Below, one piece after another: positions 27,477 to 38,273 of a stretch of 64,000 bases of DNA. The notes below the pieces were generated by a model. The model had not been told where the DNA came from. It did not search any database and saw only the letters and a program-made list of their open reading frames with translations. The translations under genes were made by a program, and so were the position numbers. The stretch is from Erysipelotrichales bacterium (GTDB taxonomy: Bacteria; Bacillota_I; Bacilli_A; Erysipelotrichales; Erysipelotrichaceae): assembly GCA_017532345.1 (NCBI GenBank), contig JAFXJJ010000005.1, positions 2,193 to 66,192 on the forward strand. The letters are read 5' to 3'. Each line of letters starts with the position of its first letter. The stretch's first letter is position 1.

Positions 27477-28814
27477 ATCAAACTTTTCTTTCTTTAAGAA
27501 TGAGATAATAAATGGAATACTAATTAATCCTGCGACAATATCCGCAAATGGTTGAGATATTTGAATACCTACTAAACCAAATAAATTAGTTGAGATTATT
27601 AACATTGGGATGAATAATAAACCATTACGTAAGATTGATAAGAATGATGCGATTTTAGGTTGTCTAGTACTTTGGTACAGCATATTTACTGGTACTGATA
27701 ATGTCATGAATATTACTCCAAAGCATGCTGCACGTAAGGCGAAACGACCGATGGCGATTACTTCTTGATCCTTTTGGAATAAACGCACAACTGTTTCTGG
27801 GAACATCATGCCAGGAACCGCAAGGATACAAATGAAGACAATTGATATCCCCATAGTAACAAGTAATCCCTTCTTAACACGATCATATTCCTTAGCTTGA
27901 TAGTTAAATGAAGCAACTGGTTGGAATCCTTGACCAACACCTAAACCTACGCACATTACGAATGCACTGAAACGATTTACTACACTCATAGCTGCAATTG
28001 CTGCATCACCAAATGGTCTAGTAATGTTGTTTAATAAACCATTAGATAATGAATTTAAACCTTGACGAATTAATGAAGGGAAACCTACTGTACAGATAGC
28101 TTGGTAGATTTTTAAATCCTTACTAAAGTATTTAAAGCTTATATTTCCTTGTGCCATCTTAAAGTGGAACCATAATAGAATGGTAAAGCTAATACATTGT
28201 GATACGGCAGTAGCAATACCTGCTCCTAGTACACCTAATGAAATAATACTTATCAATAGATAATCTCCAAAAATATTAATAATTCCACCTATTGTAAGTC
28301 CAATCATCGCATAAAATGATTGCCCTTCATACCGTAGATTATTATTTAAAACAAATGAACCAATCATAATCGGACATGTTAATACTACACAAATTCCATA
28401 TTGCTTAGCATAAGGCAAGATAGTTTCTGTACTACCTAGCATCATCATTAATGGTTCTAAGAAGATAACCCCTAATGTTAATAAGATAATACCTAATGAT
28501 ATCCCTACTATAAAGGCTGAGGATACATAAGTTGATGCTTCATCTACATCCTTATCTGCCAATGCTTTAGATACTAATGTGCCTGAACCTTGACCTAGCA
28601 TAAAGGCCACTGCTTGAATGATACATTGTAACGTAAATAGAATACCAGTAGCTGCTTGCTGACTTGGTCCTAGTGTTCCTACGAAATATGTATCAACCAT
28701 ATTGTAGATATTAGTCACTAACATAGAAATAGTTGTAGGAATACCTAAACTAACTATTAATCGTGTTAGTGGTGTTTTCGTCATTTTCTCATAATATGCA
28801 TTTGTTTCAGTCAT
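27474..28814 (-). CDS. MATE-family efflux transporter
   Basis: 446 aa, 12-TM-like. The N-terminus LTRLIVSLGIPTTISMLVTNIYNMVDTYFVGTLG is typical of MATE proteins. Confidence 0.8.
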   Translation of the reverse strand: MTETNAYYEKMTKTPLTRLIVSLGIPTTISMLVTNIYNMVDTYFVGTLGPSQQAATGILFTLQCIIQAVAFMLGQGSGTLVSKALADKDVDEASTYVSSAFIVGISLGIILLTLGVIFLEPLMMMLGSTETILPYAKQYGICVVLTCPIMIGSFVLNNNLRYEGQSFYAMIGLTIGGIINIFGDYLLISIISLGVLGAGIATAVSQCISFTILLWFHFKMAQGNISFKYFSKDLKIYQAICTVGFPSLIRQGLNSLSNGLLNNITRPFGDAAIAAMSVVNRFSAFVMCVGLGVGQGFQPVASFNYQAKEYDRVKKGLLVTMGISIVFICILAVPGMMFPETVVRLFQKDQEVIAIGRFALRAACFGVIFMTLSVPVNMLYQSTRQPKIASFLSILRNGLLFIPMLIISTNLFGLVGIQISQPFADIVAGLISIPFIISFLKKEKFD

Positions 28815-28910
28815 AATAAGCCCCCTAATATTTGGTTATTATACCATTTTTCATACAAAATAAAAAGATTCCTAATCACATTTTAAGAATCTTTCTATCT
28901 TGATTTCTAA

Positions 28911-30104
28911 TTAAACTAATTGGAAAATATAGAACTTCAAATATGATGTTTCTTCCATTGTCCATAAAATTGGGTGGTCAGCATTTTGTTGTGTTACCGA
29001 TACTTGTTTAAGTGTAACTCCAGCCTCTAATGCTGCCTCTCTTAACATCTTCTCAAAGTTATCGATTTCCATGAAGCGTGAGCATGTGCAAGTTATTAAA
29101 TAACCTCCCTTATTTAATAATTCCATAGCTCTTTTATTTATACGCTTGTAGCCACTATACGCATGGTCTACTGTTCTTCTTGACTTCGTGAATGCTGGTG
29201 GGTCTAGTACAATTAAATCAAATTGTCCCTTCTTACATTCCTCTAAATATTCAAATACATCGGCCTTCACAAATGCCATACGTTCTTCTAAATGATTAAG
29301 TACGGCATTACGATATGCTTGGTCTAACGCTGTTTGCGATACATCTACTGCAGTTACATGCGCTGCATTGCCATATGCCGCATTAAGGGCAAATCCTCCT
29401 GTATGTGTAAAGCAATCACAGATTTTCTTACCATGAGCAATCTTTCTTAGTAATACACGATTACTCTTTTGGTCTAAGAAATACCCAGTCTTTTGACCAT
29501 TCTCAATATCAATATGTAACTTAAGACCATTCTCATCAATGATTGTCTTAGTTGGAAGACTCACATTACCATAGAAACCTTTATATTGTTCTAGTCCCTC
29601 TTTAGTACGTACCTGAATATCATTTCTTTCATATATTCCCTTAACATCTTGACCATCTTCTCTTAATACTTCAAGTAATACATCATATACCATATCCTTA
29701 ATCTTATCTAAACCATAAGAACTAATTTGAGCTACTAAGATATCATTGTATCGATCTACAGTAAGACCTGGTAATTGATCAGCTTCGCCAAAGATAAGTC
29801 TACAATTAGAAAGATTATCATATTCTACTGTCTTTCTAAATTCATAAGCAAAACGTATTCTTTCCTTAAAGAACTCACGGTTAATAACTTCATCTCTATT
29901 TTTAGTTAAGATACGCACTAATATATGACTTTGCATTGAGATAAAACCACTACCCAAGTATTCGTTACCAGTAGTTAGAATATCTACTACTGAGCCATTT
30001 TCAATCGTTTCATCTAAATCTACAACATTGTTTCTATACATCCACATTTGACCTTTTTTAAGCCAAACTTCTCCCTCTGGAGAAATAGTTACAAACTTTC
30101 TCAT
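28911..30104 (-). CDS. rlmI: class I SAM-dependent rRNA (cytosine-C5) methyltransferase, RlmI-like (PUA + MTase)
   Basis: 397 aa with GGFALNAA SAM-binding and VLDPPAFTKS catalytic motifs, plus an N-terminal PUA-like region. Confidence 0.75.
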   Translation of the reverse strand: MRKFVTISPEGEVWLKKGQMWMYRNNVVDLDETIENGSVVDILTTGNEYLGSGFISMQSHILVRILTKNRDEVINREFFKERIRFAYEFRKTVEYDNLSNCRLIFGEADQLPGLTVDRYNDILVAQISSYGLDKIKDMVYDVLLEVLREDGQDVKGIYERNDIQVRTKEGLEQYKGFYGNVSLPTKTIIDENGLKLHIDIENGQKTGYFLDQKSNRVLLRKIAHGKKICDCFTHTGGFALNAAYGNAAHVTAVDVSQTALDQAYRNAVLNHLEERMAFVKADVFEYLEECKKGQFDLIVLDPPAFTKSRRTVDHAYSGYKRINKRAMELLNKGGYLITCTCSRFMEIDNFEKMLREAALEAGVTLKQVSVTQQNADHPILWTMEETSYLKFYIFQLV

Positions 30105-30163
30105 CGAATATCCTCCAACTCTTACTAATCAAATCTTACTATAAATCTCTTAATTTCTCAATC

Positions 30164-30997
30164 TTAGATATTTAATAATCCTAACGCAATAATAATTAAT
30201 ATAAGGGCACAAAGCTTTTTCTTACTAATAGCTTCATGAAAGCCTAAGATACCTACAAGTGTAATAAGTACTAGGGTTGCAATACTGTACATTGGATATA
30301 CTAGTACAGCATTAACACTACTAAGTGCTAACAACAAAAATCTAGCAGAAAAATAATTAGGTATACCTACTAACATACCATATAAAATATCACTTTTAGC
30401 TGTTTTTTCTTTACTAACAATTGATGATAGTAATGCTAGTAAGAAGGCTACTAGAAAAGTAATCAATAAATAAGCATCTTTACCACTCGCACTACCAAAT
30501 TGTTCATATACATTGGCCATGGCATCTGTAATCCCACCACCAATAAGTAATAGTAGTAACCATACCTTCTTATTACCTTGAGTAATTGCTTCCTTTTCAA
30601 AATGAATAGTAATGATTGCGATGATGGATAGAATAATCCCAATTACTTGCGTCCATCTAGGTATTTCATGGAATACCACAACCGCCATAATGGTAGGTAT
30701 TAACACCCCTAATTTCATAAAGGTAGATGATAATACTACACCATTATGAGTAATATTCCATTTTAAAAGCATAAAGCTTCCTAAATAAAGAAAACCACTA
30801 AGTATTCCTAACATAAGGGCAACACTATCTATCGCTAATAGTGAAGTATCTAGCTTCATAAACATCATAGATAATATGACACAAATACCATAATTAGCCA
30901 TAAACATTGACATTTGATTTTTAATATGTGATTCACCTATTCTCATAAAAATTGAAACAAAGGCACTACTAAGTATTGCTAGTAATAAATAAAACAT
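30164..30997 (-). CDS. polytopic membrane protein (DMT/EamA-like guess)
   Basis: 277 aa, hydrophobic throughout, with about 9-10 TM segments by eye. No diagnostic motif recognised. Confidence 0.4.
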   Translation of the reverse strand: MFYLLLAILSSAFVSIFMRIGESHIKNQMSMFMANYGICVILSMMFMKLDTSLLAIDSVALMLGILSGFLYLGSFMLLKWNITHNGVVLSSTFMKLGVLIPTIMAVVVFHEIPRWTQVIGIILSIIAIITIHFEKEAITQGNKKVWLLLLLIGGGITDAMANVYEQFGSASGKDAYLLITFLVAFLLALLSSIVSKEKTAKSDILYGMLVGIPNYFSARFLLLALSSVNAVLVYPMYSIATLVLITLVGILGFHEAISKKKLCALILIIIALGLLNI

Positions 30998-31143
30998 AAA
31001 ATACTCCTTTATAATCTATCTTATTATACCATTACCATCATAAATAATCATCTATAACAGTATCAAACATATGGTGTACATTCCTTGACACGCTTCTGTT
31101 TAGTAGTATAAAATTAGTATGATAGAATTTGGAGTGATAATAA

Positions 31144-32793
31144 ATGCTGAATTCCATACATAATAAATATACAACAGTGATGACACTGGCTTTAATAATA
31201 TGTACCTTGTTTATTGGCGGTATCGGTATTACTACTACACAAGAAGTAATAGATAGAGATTCAGTACAACTAATGAGTTTCCTTTGTGCGAAAGAGGCCC
31301 AAGAAATTAATGATACCCTTGGTAGAATCGAACAATCTGTTAATATCTTTGCAGTTCATGCGATTAATGAATTAGAAAGTGTAGACCGTCTTTTAAATGA
31401 TAAAGAATACCAAGATAGCTATTCGCATAAAATGGTTGAATTGGCTGATACAATTGCTACTGAGACAGAAGGAGCAACGACTATCTTTTTGAAATTTGAC
31501 CCTGCCATAAATATTTCAAATCCTGGATTTTTTAGAATCAAAAATACTGAAACAGGTATATTTGAATATTATAATACAACTAATCTTACTTCCTATAATT
31601 CTGAAAGTATTAAGGCTTTTGGATGGATCTATGATCAAAAAAAAGAAGGTAAACCTGTTTGGATTGAACCTTATTATAATGACAATATTGGTGTAGAACT
31701 AATATCTTATGTAGTTCCGATATACAAAGATAATGTAATGATAGGTTTTGTTGGTATAGATATTGATTACCAAATTATAAAAAATAAAGTAGATAGTCTT
31801 TCATTATACTATACAGGATATGCCTATTTAGTAGATAATGAATTTAAAACAATATACGACAAAACTCAAAGTAATTCTCAAGTTTCACATACATATCAGG
31901 AAGCACTAACAGTAAAAAGAGATTTAGAAGAAAATGGTGCAGATACTTTATATAGTTATGAACTGGATGGTGACGAATATCGCGTTGCATTTGCAGAATT
32001 AGACAATAGTATGAAGTTAGCAGTAACTGCTTCATTAGATGAAATTGATGCCGTAAAACGTCAATTACAAGTAAAAATTATCATTAGTGCTATTGTCATT
32101 ACATTCATCTTCTGGGTAGTTAGTTGGTTAATGGCAATACCTGTCATTAGACCATTAAAGGCATTAGATAAAGCTGCCAAAGAAATAGCTAATGGAAATT
32201 TCGATGTACAGTTAAGTTATGATACTAACGATGAAGTAGGTACATTATCAAGAAGTCTACAAGAAACAGTAAACCAATTAAAGAAAAGAATTGAATATAT
32301 TAATAGTCTTGCTTATACTGATAAACTAACAGGTACAAAGAATAACACTTCTTATTTATACGAATTGACTAATATAAAAGATAATCTAAATACAAAATTA
32401 AATAATTTGGCAGTTTTCGTTATAGATTTAAATGGACTAAAACATATCAATGACAAGCATGGACATAATGTAGGTAATAAATTAATTATTTCTGCATCTA
32501 CTTCTCTTATAAAAGTATTTGGTGAAGAACACGTATATCGTGTAGGTGGAGATGAGTTCATAGTTTTACTTGATAACGCTAGCCATGATATATGTAAGAT
32601 GTTAGAAGAAAAGTTTATTAAACGATTATCAACATCATCTAGTGAGCTTAAAGTATCAGCAGCTATTGGTTACGCAATATATAATCCTGAATTAGATAGC
32701 GATTATGAAGATCTATTCGCGAGAGCTGATGAAAACATGTATAAAAAGAAACTGGAAATGAAAGAAGCAGGGGAAATATCTAAGTTATTATAA
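31144..32793 (+). CDS. diguanylate cyclase with extracellular Cache-like sensor and HAMP domain
   Basis: RVGGDEF active site, and HAMP (IRPLKALDKAAKEIANGNFDV) following the second TM segment. Confidence 0.9.
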   Translation: MLNSIHNKYTTVMTLALIICTLFIGGIGITTTQEVIDRDSVQLMSFLCAKEAQEINDTLGRIEQSVNIFAVHAINELESVDRLLNDKEYQDSYSHKMVELADTIATETEGATTIFLKFDPAINISNPGFFRIKNTETGIFEYYNTTNLTSYNSESIKAFGWIYDQKKEGKPVWIEPYYNDNIGVELISYVVPIYKDNVMIGFVGIDIDYQIIKNKVDSLSLYYTGYAYLVDNEFKTIYDKTQSNSQVSHTYQEALTVKRDLEENGADTLYSYELDGDEYRVAFAELDNSMKLAVTASLDEIDAVKRQLQVKIIISAIVITFIFWVVSWLMAIPVIRPLKALDKAAKEIANGNFDVQLSYDTNDEVGTLSRSLQETVNQLKKRIEYINSLAYTDKLTGTKNNTSYLYELTNIKDNLNTKLNNLAVFVIDLNGLKHINDKHGHNVGNKLIISASTSLIKVFGEEHVYRVGGDEFIVLLDNASHDICKMLEEKFIKRLSTSSSELKVSAAIGYAIYNPELDSDYEDLFARADENMYKKKLEMKEAGEISKLL

Positions 32794-32837
32794 ACTGGAG
32801 TATTTCTCCTTTTCTTTTATATTATCTATTTAATAGC

Positions 32838-32868
32838 TTGACCGGTAGTAACTAATAGGTGATATAAT
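32838..32868 (+). promoter_or_regulatory. promoter with 19-nt spacer (TTGACC-N19-TATAAT) carrying a conserved dyad box
   Basis: TTGACC at 32838-32843, spacer GGTAGTAACTAATAGGTGA, TATAAT at 32863-32868. Lies 38 nt upstream of the aldo/keto reductase ATG. The same architecture and box recur at 35386..35416 on the other strand. Confidence 0.6.
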
Positions 32869-32905
32869 AGTTATATATTTATAATCTAAGGGGGAATATA
32901 ATCCA

Positions 32906-34090
32906 ATGATTTACAATACTGTTAATAATGAGAAACTATCATTATTAGGATTTGGTACAATGCGTTTACCTACAAATGATGATGGTAGTATTAATGAAGA
33001 ACAAACTAAAGCTATGACGCGTTATGCGATAGAGCATGGTGTTAATTACTTTGATACTGCTTATCCATATCATGGTGGTGATTCAGAACGTGTGATGGGA
33101 CGAGTATTAAGTGAATATCCTAGAGATAGTTATTATCTAGCTACTAAATATCCTGGGCATCAAATCTTATCAAATGGCTACAATCCAGCAGAAATCTTTG
33201 AAGAACAGCTACAAAAATGTGGTGTTGAGTACTTTGATTACTATTTACTACATAATGTATATGAGAAGTCAATTGAAACATATCTAGATCCTAGATGGGG
33301 AATTATTGATTACTTTAAAGAACAAAAACGCTTAGGACGTATCAAACATCTAGGCTTCAGTACACATGCGCAAACAGAATGTTTAAAGGAATTCTTAGAT
33401 GCATATGGTGATGACATGGAATTCTGTCAGATTCAATTAAATTACTTAGATTGGACACTTCAAGATGCGAAAGCTAAGTATGATTTATTAACTGAACGAA
33501 ATATTCCTGTATGGGTAATGGAACCAGTACGTGGCGGTCGATTAGCAAAACTAAGTGATGAAGACGAGACACTTTTAAAAACTGTTAGACCTGAGGAAAC
33601 AATTGCAGCATGGAGCTTCCGTTTTCTTCAAGGATTACCTAATGTGAAGATGGTATTAAGTGGTATGTCTAATATGGAACAAATGCAGGACAACATCAAA
33701 ACATTCACTACAAGTGATCCATTATCAAAAGAAGAATTAGACTTAATACTAGAAATTGCAGAAGGTATGAAGGATTCAGTTCCTTGTACTGGTTGCCGAT
33801 ATTGCACAGAAGGATGTCCAATGTCACTAGATATTCCAATGTTCCTAAGTACATACAATGAGATGCGATTCTCTCCAAATATCAACTCAGCAATGCGCAT
33901 TGAGTTTATGAAGGAAAATGAGAAACCATCTGCTTGTATTGGCTGTGGTAAATGTACACGTGTATGTCCACAAAACATTAATATTCCAGAAGCTTTAACT
34001 GACTTAACTAAAATATTAAATGAGCTACCTAGTTGGGCAGAAATAAGTCGCCAACGTGAAGAGGCTGCAAGAAAAAATAATGGAGGATAA
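32906..34090 (+). CDS. aldo/keto reductase with C-terminal 2x[4Fe-4S] ferredoxin-type domain
   Basis: AKR N-terminus (LGFGTMRLP..., YFDTAYPYHGGDSE) and the cysteine clusters CTGCRYCTEGCP and CIGCGKCTRVCP. Confidence 0.85.
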   Translation: MIYNTVNNEKLSLLGFGTMRLPTNDDGSINEEQTKAMTRYAIEHGVNYFDTAYPYHGGDSERVMGRVLSEYPRDSYYLATKYPGHQILSNGYNPAEIFEEQLQKCGVEYFDYYLLHNVYEKSIETYLDPRWGIIDYFKEQKRLGRIKHLGFSTHAQTECLKEFLDAYGDDMEFCQIQLNYLDWTLQDAKAKYDLLTERNIPVWVMEPVRGGRLAKLSDEDETLLKTVRPEETIAAWSFRFLQGLPNVKMVLSGMSNMEQMQDNIKTFTTSDPLSKEELDLILEIAEGMKDSVPCTGCRYCTEGCPMSLDIPMFLSTYNEMRFSPNINSAMRIEFMKENEKPSACIGCGKCTRVCPQNINIPEALTDLTKILNELPSWAEISRQREEAARKNNGG

Positions 34091-34094
34091 TCAT

Positions 34095-34571
34095 ATGAGT
34101 AAAGCATTAGTTGCTTATTTCTCAGCTAGTGGTGTAACTGCTAAGGTCGCTAGTAAATTAGCAGAAGCAACAAATGCTGATCTTTATGAAATCAAACCAG
34201 AAGTACCTTATACTAAAGCAGATTTAAATTGGATGGATAAGAAGTCACGTAGTTCAGTTGAGATGAATGATCTAACATTCCGCCCTGCTATCGCAGATAA
34301 AAAGGCGAATATCGCTAATTATGATGTAGTCTATATTGGCTTCCCTATTTGGTGGTACATTGCACCAACAATCATCAACACATTCTTAGAAGCATATGAT
34401 TTTACTGGTAAGAAAATCGTTCTATTCGCTACATCTGGTGGAAGTAAGTTTGGGAAAACAGTTAATAAATTAAAAGGTAGCTGTCCTGGTGCTGAAATTA
34501 AAGAAGGCTGTGTCTTTAAAGCTAATATAACTAAAGAAGAATTAATTAACTGGTTAGAAAACAACAAGTAA
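34095..34571 (+). CDS. flavodoxin
   Basis: MSKALVAYFSASGVT... flavodoxin FMN-binding start. GGAGGA RBS at 34083-34088. Track ORF 34056..34571 starts too early. Confidence 0.8.
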   Translation: MSKALVAYFSASGVTAKVASKLAEATNADLYEIKPEVPYTKADLNWMDKKSRSSVEMNDLTFRPAIADKKANIANYDVVYIGFPIWWYIAPTIINTFLEAYDFTGKKIVLFATSGGSKFGKTVNKLKGSCPGAEIKEGCVFKANITKEELINWLENNK

Positions 34572-34606
34572 AAAAATAAAGCCATCCGTTATGATGGCTT
34601 TTATAT
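34572..34606. terminator. bidirectional terminator between convergent flavodoxin genes
   Basis: AAAGCCATC-cgttat-GATGGCTTT flanked by A and T runs. Confidence 0.7.
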
Positions 34607-35358
34607 TACTTATTATCTGGATGTTGATATTGACCATGATTCTTAGTCTTATCATCATATTGAATGGCAAACTTAGGACAACGGTGTAAGCAACCTAAAC
34701 ACATTGCACAGTTTTTCTTAGTCCATACTGGTTTACCATCTTTCATTGTAATGACATTAACAGGACAATTCTTCTCACATAGACCACAGCCAATACAAGT
34801 ATCCTCAACATGAAGATGAATAGTCTTACTTAATGATTTATAGAAACCAGGATATATGAACTCCATTTTCTTTCCTAGCTTATCCTTAACATGATCTCCT
34901 ACAATACCATTCTTAATCATCTGTGTAATCATGTCAATCTCTTCATCAGCCTTTCGATTAATTTCAGCTACCTCTTCTGCATTCGTTAAATCAAATACTG
35001 GAGTCCAGTTATCCGGCATCTTGACACTAAACATCGCATCAAATGTACGTCCTGTATTCTTTTTGAAATACTTAGTAGCAATACTATCACTTGCACCAGT
35101 ATTATTACCATAAGTAATGATTAAGATTAGCTTTGCTGCTGAAGCAAGCGAGAACTTATTGTTTTGTAGGAATTCACGTATTACTGAAGGAACTCCACCA
35201 CAATAATTAGGATAAACAATAATAAGCTTTTCGTTATCCTTTATACTTATTTCAGTATTTAATACATCAACTACTGAGACACATTCTTCATTTAATTCTT
35301 TACTTAATACATTCGCAACATGTTTACTATTACCAGTCGCGGAAAAATAATAAATCAT
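34606..35358 (-). CDS. flavodoxin-like / 4Fe-4S ferredoxin fusion (EFR1-type ferredoxin)
   Basis: MIYYFSATGNSKHVA flavodoxin-like start. C-terminal CIGCGLCEKNCP and CAMCLGCLHRCP. Confidence 0.75.
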   Translation of the reverse strand: MIYYFSATGNSKHVANVLSKELNEECVSVVDVLNTEISIKDNEKLIIVYPNYCGGVPSVIREFLQNNKFSLASAAKLILIITYGNNTGASDSIATKYFKKNTGRTFDAMFSVKMPDNWTPVFDLTNAEEVAEINRKADEEIDMITQMIKNGIVGDHVKDKLGKKMEFIYPGFYKSLSKTIHLHVEDTCIGCGLCEKNCPVNVITMKDGKPVWTKKNCAMCLGCLHRCPKFAIQYDDKTKNHGQYQHPDNK

Positions 35359-35385
35359 TAATACTCCTCCTTTATCATTTCTTAA

Positions 35386-35416
35386 ATCATAACACCCGTG
35401 AGTTACTGCCGGTCAA
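35386..35416 (-). promoter_or_regulatory. second copy of the TTGACC-N19-TATNAT promoter with the conserved dyad box
   Basis: Minus strand reads TTGACC (35416-35411), GGCAGTAACTCACGGGTGT, TATGAT (35391-35386). Lies upstream of the 34606..35358 gene. Confidence 0.6.
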
Positions 35417-35435
35417 GTGCTTTACATGCATTTAC

Positions 35436-35466
35436 AAATAAAAACACTGATTTCTCAGTGTTTTAA
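35436..35466 (-). terminator. intrinsic terminator after the serpin gene
   Basis: AAAACACTGA-gaaa-TCAGTGTTTT followed by TATTT on the minus strand. Confidence 0.7.
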
Positions 35467-35507
35467 TATAAATCTATTCATCATAACTTTTAACAATTTA
35501 CATAATA

Positions 35508-37019
35508 TCAATATTCAACTTCCATATCACTTGGTTGGTATACTTCTCCAATAAACCAAACTTCATTACTCTTCTTATCACGAATTAAATATACGAAAGG
35601 TTTGTTGAAGGTTAAGTCAATATCAATAATCTTTGGTTCATACATATATTCGAAGTAACAACCATCTGCTCCCATTCCACCAAGGGTAGCTACGGCAGCT
35701 GCAGTTATTCCCTCATTTGAGAATTCAATAGTTGTTTTATGAGTAGCACTATCAATAAATTCTTTTTGCTCACTAAGATTACTTAAATCAGCTTTAGTTT
35801 CATCAAATACATCTATAATACCTAAGCTTTGCAGCTCTTTGACTAAATTTAATTCATAATCGTATTTGAATAGCGGAATACCACCAGTAATTCTTGTGAT
35901 ATAACCCGTTTCAAATTCATCGTAATCAATCTTTCTTAATTTAGAAATTAATGTATTGATTTCATCTGCATTTGTTTCAGCTATAAAATTTTCAAGAGAA
36001 GTTGTCTTAGGCATAATACCAATATATTGTAACTCTAGTTCATCATACACTTTTAAATCCTTCGCAAACATCTTAACTGTTTCATCATCATAGAATTCAA
36101 AATCAGTTGATGAACTTAAATCGCCATAACTAGAATCAATCTCCTTAATATAATGATCTAAATACTCTTGGGTACTTTCATAATCTTCAAGTCCACAAGC
36201 TCCATCGCTAATCCATTCATCATAAGCTTCTCCCACTTCTTGACGAATATTTTCTTCACCAAGAATAGTTACAATATCATATTTATTAATGGTAGCAGCT
36301 ATCTGAAGACCACCTATTCTTTTAGTTTCATCATTCGTGAAATCAAATAGATGATATCCACCACCTTCAAGTGCATCTACATAGTTATAAAATCTAATAT
36401 GTGGATAACTAACACGATATGCATCATCAAATGAAATTGGATTAATTACCTTTTTCCAATCCATATCAATCGCTAGCGCATTAACCAAAACAAAATCATT
36501 GTTAGAAATATCTTCTACAATTTGCTTGATTAAGTTAAAGGTTTTATCACTTACCCAGTTATTCACTAGACTCGGAGTACTAAAATCTCCCACTTCAACA
36601 GCTGCATTAAATTTAGTTTGTAACGACTCCTTGTATGTTTCTTTAAGAACATCATGCTTTTCATTGACAAATAAAGCATTGGCAAAGGATACATTATTAG
36701 AATTCTTATACTTTTTAAAAGTATATGTACCTAAAACATCAGCTATTTGTTTATAACTCTCTCCATTAGCTCCTTCTAGTAACATTCCAAGAGCATATTT
36801 GATAGATATAGGACTATAAACTTTATTTGTTTTGTCGTTGTTTAATTGTAGGAATACTAAATCAAAATCAGATAAGGCATTACTTTGCATAGCATCAAGC
36901 TCTATGACAGGACCTTTTTCTATTTCTTCTTGTTCCTTATTCTTATCACTACTGCAAGCTGTTAGCATTATAAACAATGTACTAACTAAAATACATTTTA
37001 AAATGGATTTCATATACAT
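35508..37019 (-). CDS. serpin-family protease inhibitor, lipoprotein
   Basis: Lipobox LTACSS. Serpin N-terminal motif NKVYSPISIKYALGMLLEGANGES. Hinge and reactive-centre region FSNEGITAAAVATLGGMG, and C-terminal FNKPFVYLIRD. Confidence 0.8.
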   Translation of the reverse strand: MYMKSILKCILVSTLFIMLTACSSDKNKEQEEIEKGPVIELDAMQSNALSDFDLVFLQLNNDKTNKVYSPISIKYALGMLLEGANGESYKQIADVLGTYTFKKYKNSNNVSFANALFVNEKHDVLKETYKESLQTKFNAAVEVGDFSTPSLVNNWVSDKTFNLIKQIVEDISNNDFVLVNALAIDMDWKKVINPISFDDAYRVSYPHIRFYNYVDALEGGGYHLFDFTNDETKRIGGLQIAATINKYDIVTILGEENIRQEVGEAYDEWISDGACGLEDYESTQEYLDHYIKEIDSSYGDLSSSTDFEFYDDETVKMFAKDLKVYDELELQYIGIMPKTTSLENFIAETNADEINTLISKLRKIDYDEFETGYITRITGGIPLFKYDYELNLVKELQSLGIIDVFDETKADLSNLSEQKEFIDSATHKTTIEFSNEGITAAAVATLGGMGADGCYFEYMYEPKIIDIDLTFNKPFVYLIRDKKSNEVWFIGEVYQPSDMEVEY

Positions 37020-37052
37020 TCTCCAATATATATTCTAATATATCAATTCATA

Positions 37053-38273
37053 TTAATGTCTAATAGGGAATTTATTAGTGCATGCAAGTACTTCTTCTTT
37101 GATTCTTGATAATTCCTCAGGTTTATCTTTATTCTTGATAGTACGAGCAATCCAGTGCCCTAATTGCTTGAATTCTGCTTCTTTAAAGCCTCGTGTAGTC
37201 ATAGCTGCACTACCTAGACGAATACCACTAGTTACCATAGGCTTTTGCTTATCAAAAGGAATAGAATTCTTGTTGCAAGTGATACAAACTTCATCTAGTA
37301 ATTTCTCAGCTTCCTTACCAGTTACACCTTGAGATAATACATCAACTAAAATTAAGTGATTATCAGTTCCACCACTTACAATTCTAAAGCCTTCTTCTTG
37401 TAGTGTATCTGATAAAGCTTTACAGTTATCAATTACTTGCTTTGCATACTCTTTAAATGCTGGTTGTAAAGCTTCACCAAAGCATACTGCCTTACCTGCA
37501 ACTACATGCATTAGTGGTCCACCTTGAATACCTGGGAATAAATGTTTATCTAATTCCTTGGCATATTTTTCCTTACATAATACAATCCCACCTCTAGGAC
37601 CACGTAAAGTCTTATGTGTTGTACTTGTCACAAAGTCACAATATGGTACAGGAGATGGATGCAAGCCTGTTGCTACTAACCCTGCAATATGAGCCATATC
37701 ACACATTAAATATGCTCCTACTTCATCTGCAATTTCTCTAAATTTCTTAAAGTCAATAATTCTAGGATATGCACTAGCACCAGCAACAATTAGTTTAGGT
37801 CTTTCTCTTAAGGCAATTTCACGTACTTCATCATAATCAATCATTTCAGTTTCTTTATTTACACCATAACTAACAAAGTTATATAAAGTTCCCGAGAAAT
37901 TTAATGGATGTCCATGTGTTAAATGTCCACCACTAGCTAAGTCCATTCCTAATACTTTATCTCCCGGATTCAAGATTGTGAAGTAAACAGCCATATTAGC
38001 TTGTGATCCTGAGTGTGGTTGTACATTGGCATGCTCAGCATTATATAATTCCATTAATCGTTGACGTGCAATATTTTCAACCTCATCAACATACTCACAA
38101 CCACCATAATAACGTTTACTAGGGTAACCCTCTGCATATTTATTAGTAAGCACACTACCTACTGCTTCTAACACATCATTAGAAACATAATTCTCACTAG
38201 CAATACACTCTATATTATTTAATTGTCTTGTTTCTTCTTTAGTAATTGCATTTAATACTTGAATATCTTTCAT
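37053..38273 (-). CDS. glyA: serine hydroxymethyltransferase
   Basis: 406 aa. [17 protein letters not shown]-lysine motif, and [11 protein letters not shown]. Confidence 0.95.
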   Translation of the reverse strand: MKDIQVLNAITKEETRQLNNIECIASENYVSNDVLEAVGSVLTNKYAEGYPSKRYYGGCEYVDEVENIARQRLMELYNAEHANVQPHSGSQANMAVYFTILNPGDKVLGMDLASGGHLTHGHPLNFSGTLYNFVSYGVNKETEMIDYDEVREIALRERPKLIVAGASAYPRIIDFKKFREIADEVGAYLMCDMAHIAGLVATGLHPSPVPYCDFVTSTTHKTLRGPRGGIVLCKEKYAKELDKHLFPGIQGGPLMHVVAGKAVCFGEALQPAFKEYAKQVIDNCKALSDTLQEEGFRIVSGGTDNHLILVDVLSQGVTGKEAEKLLDEVCITCNKNSIPFDKQKPMVTSGIRLGSAAMTTRGFKEAEFKQLGHWIARTIKNKDKPEELSRIKEEVLACTNKFPIRH

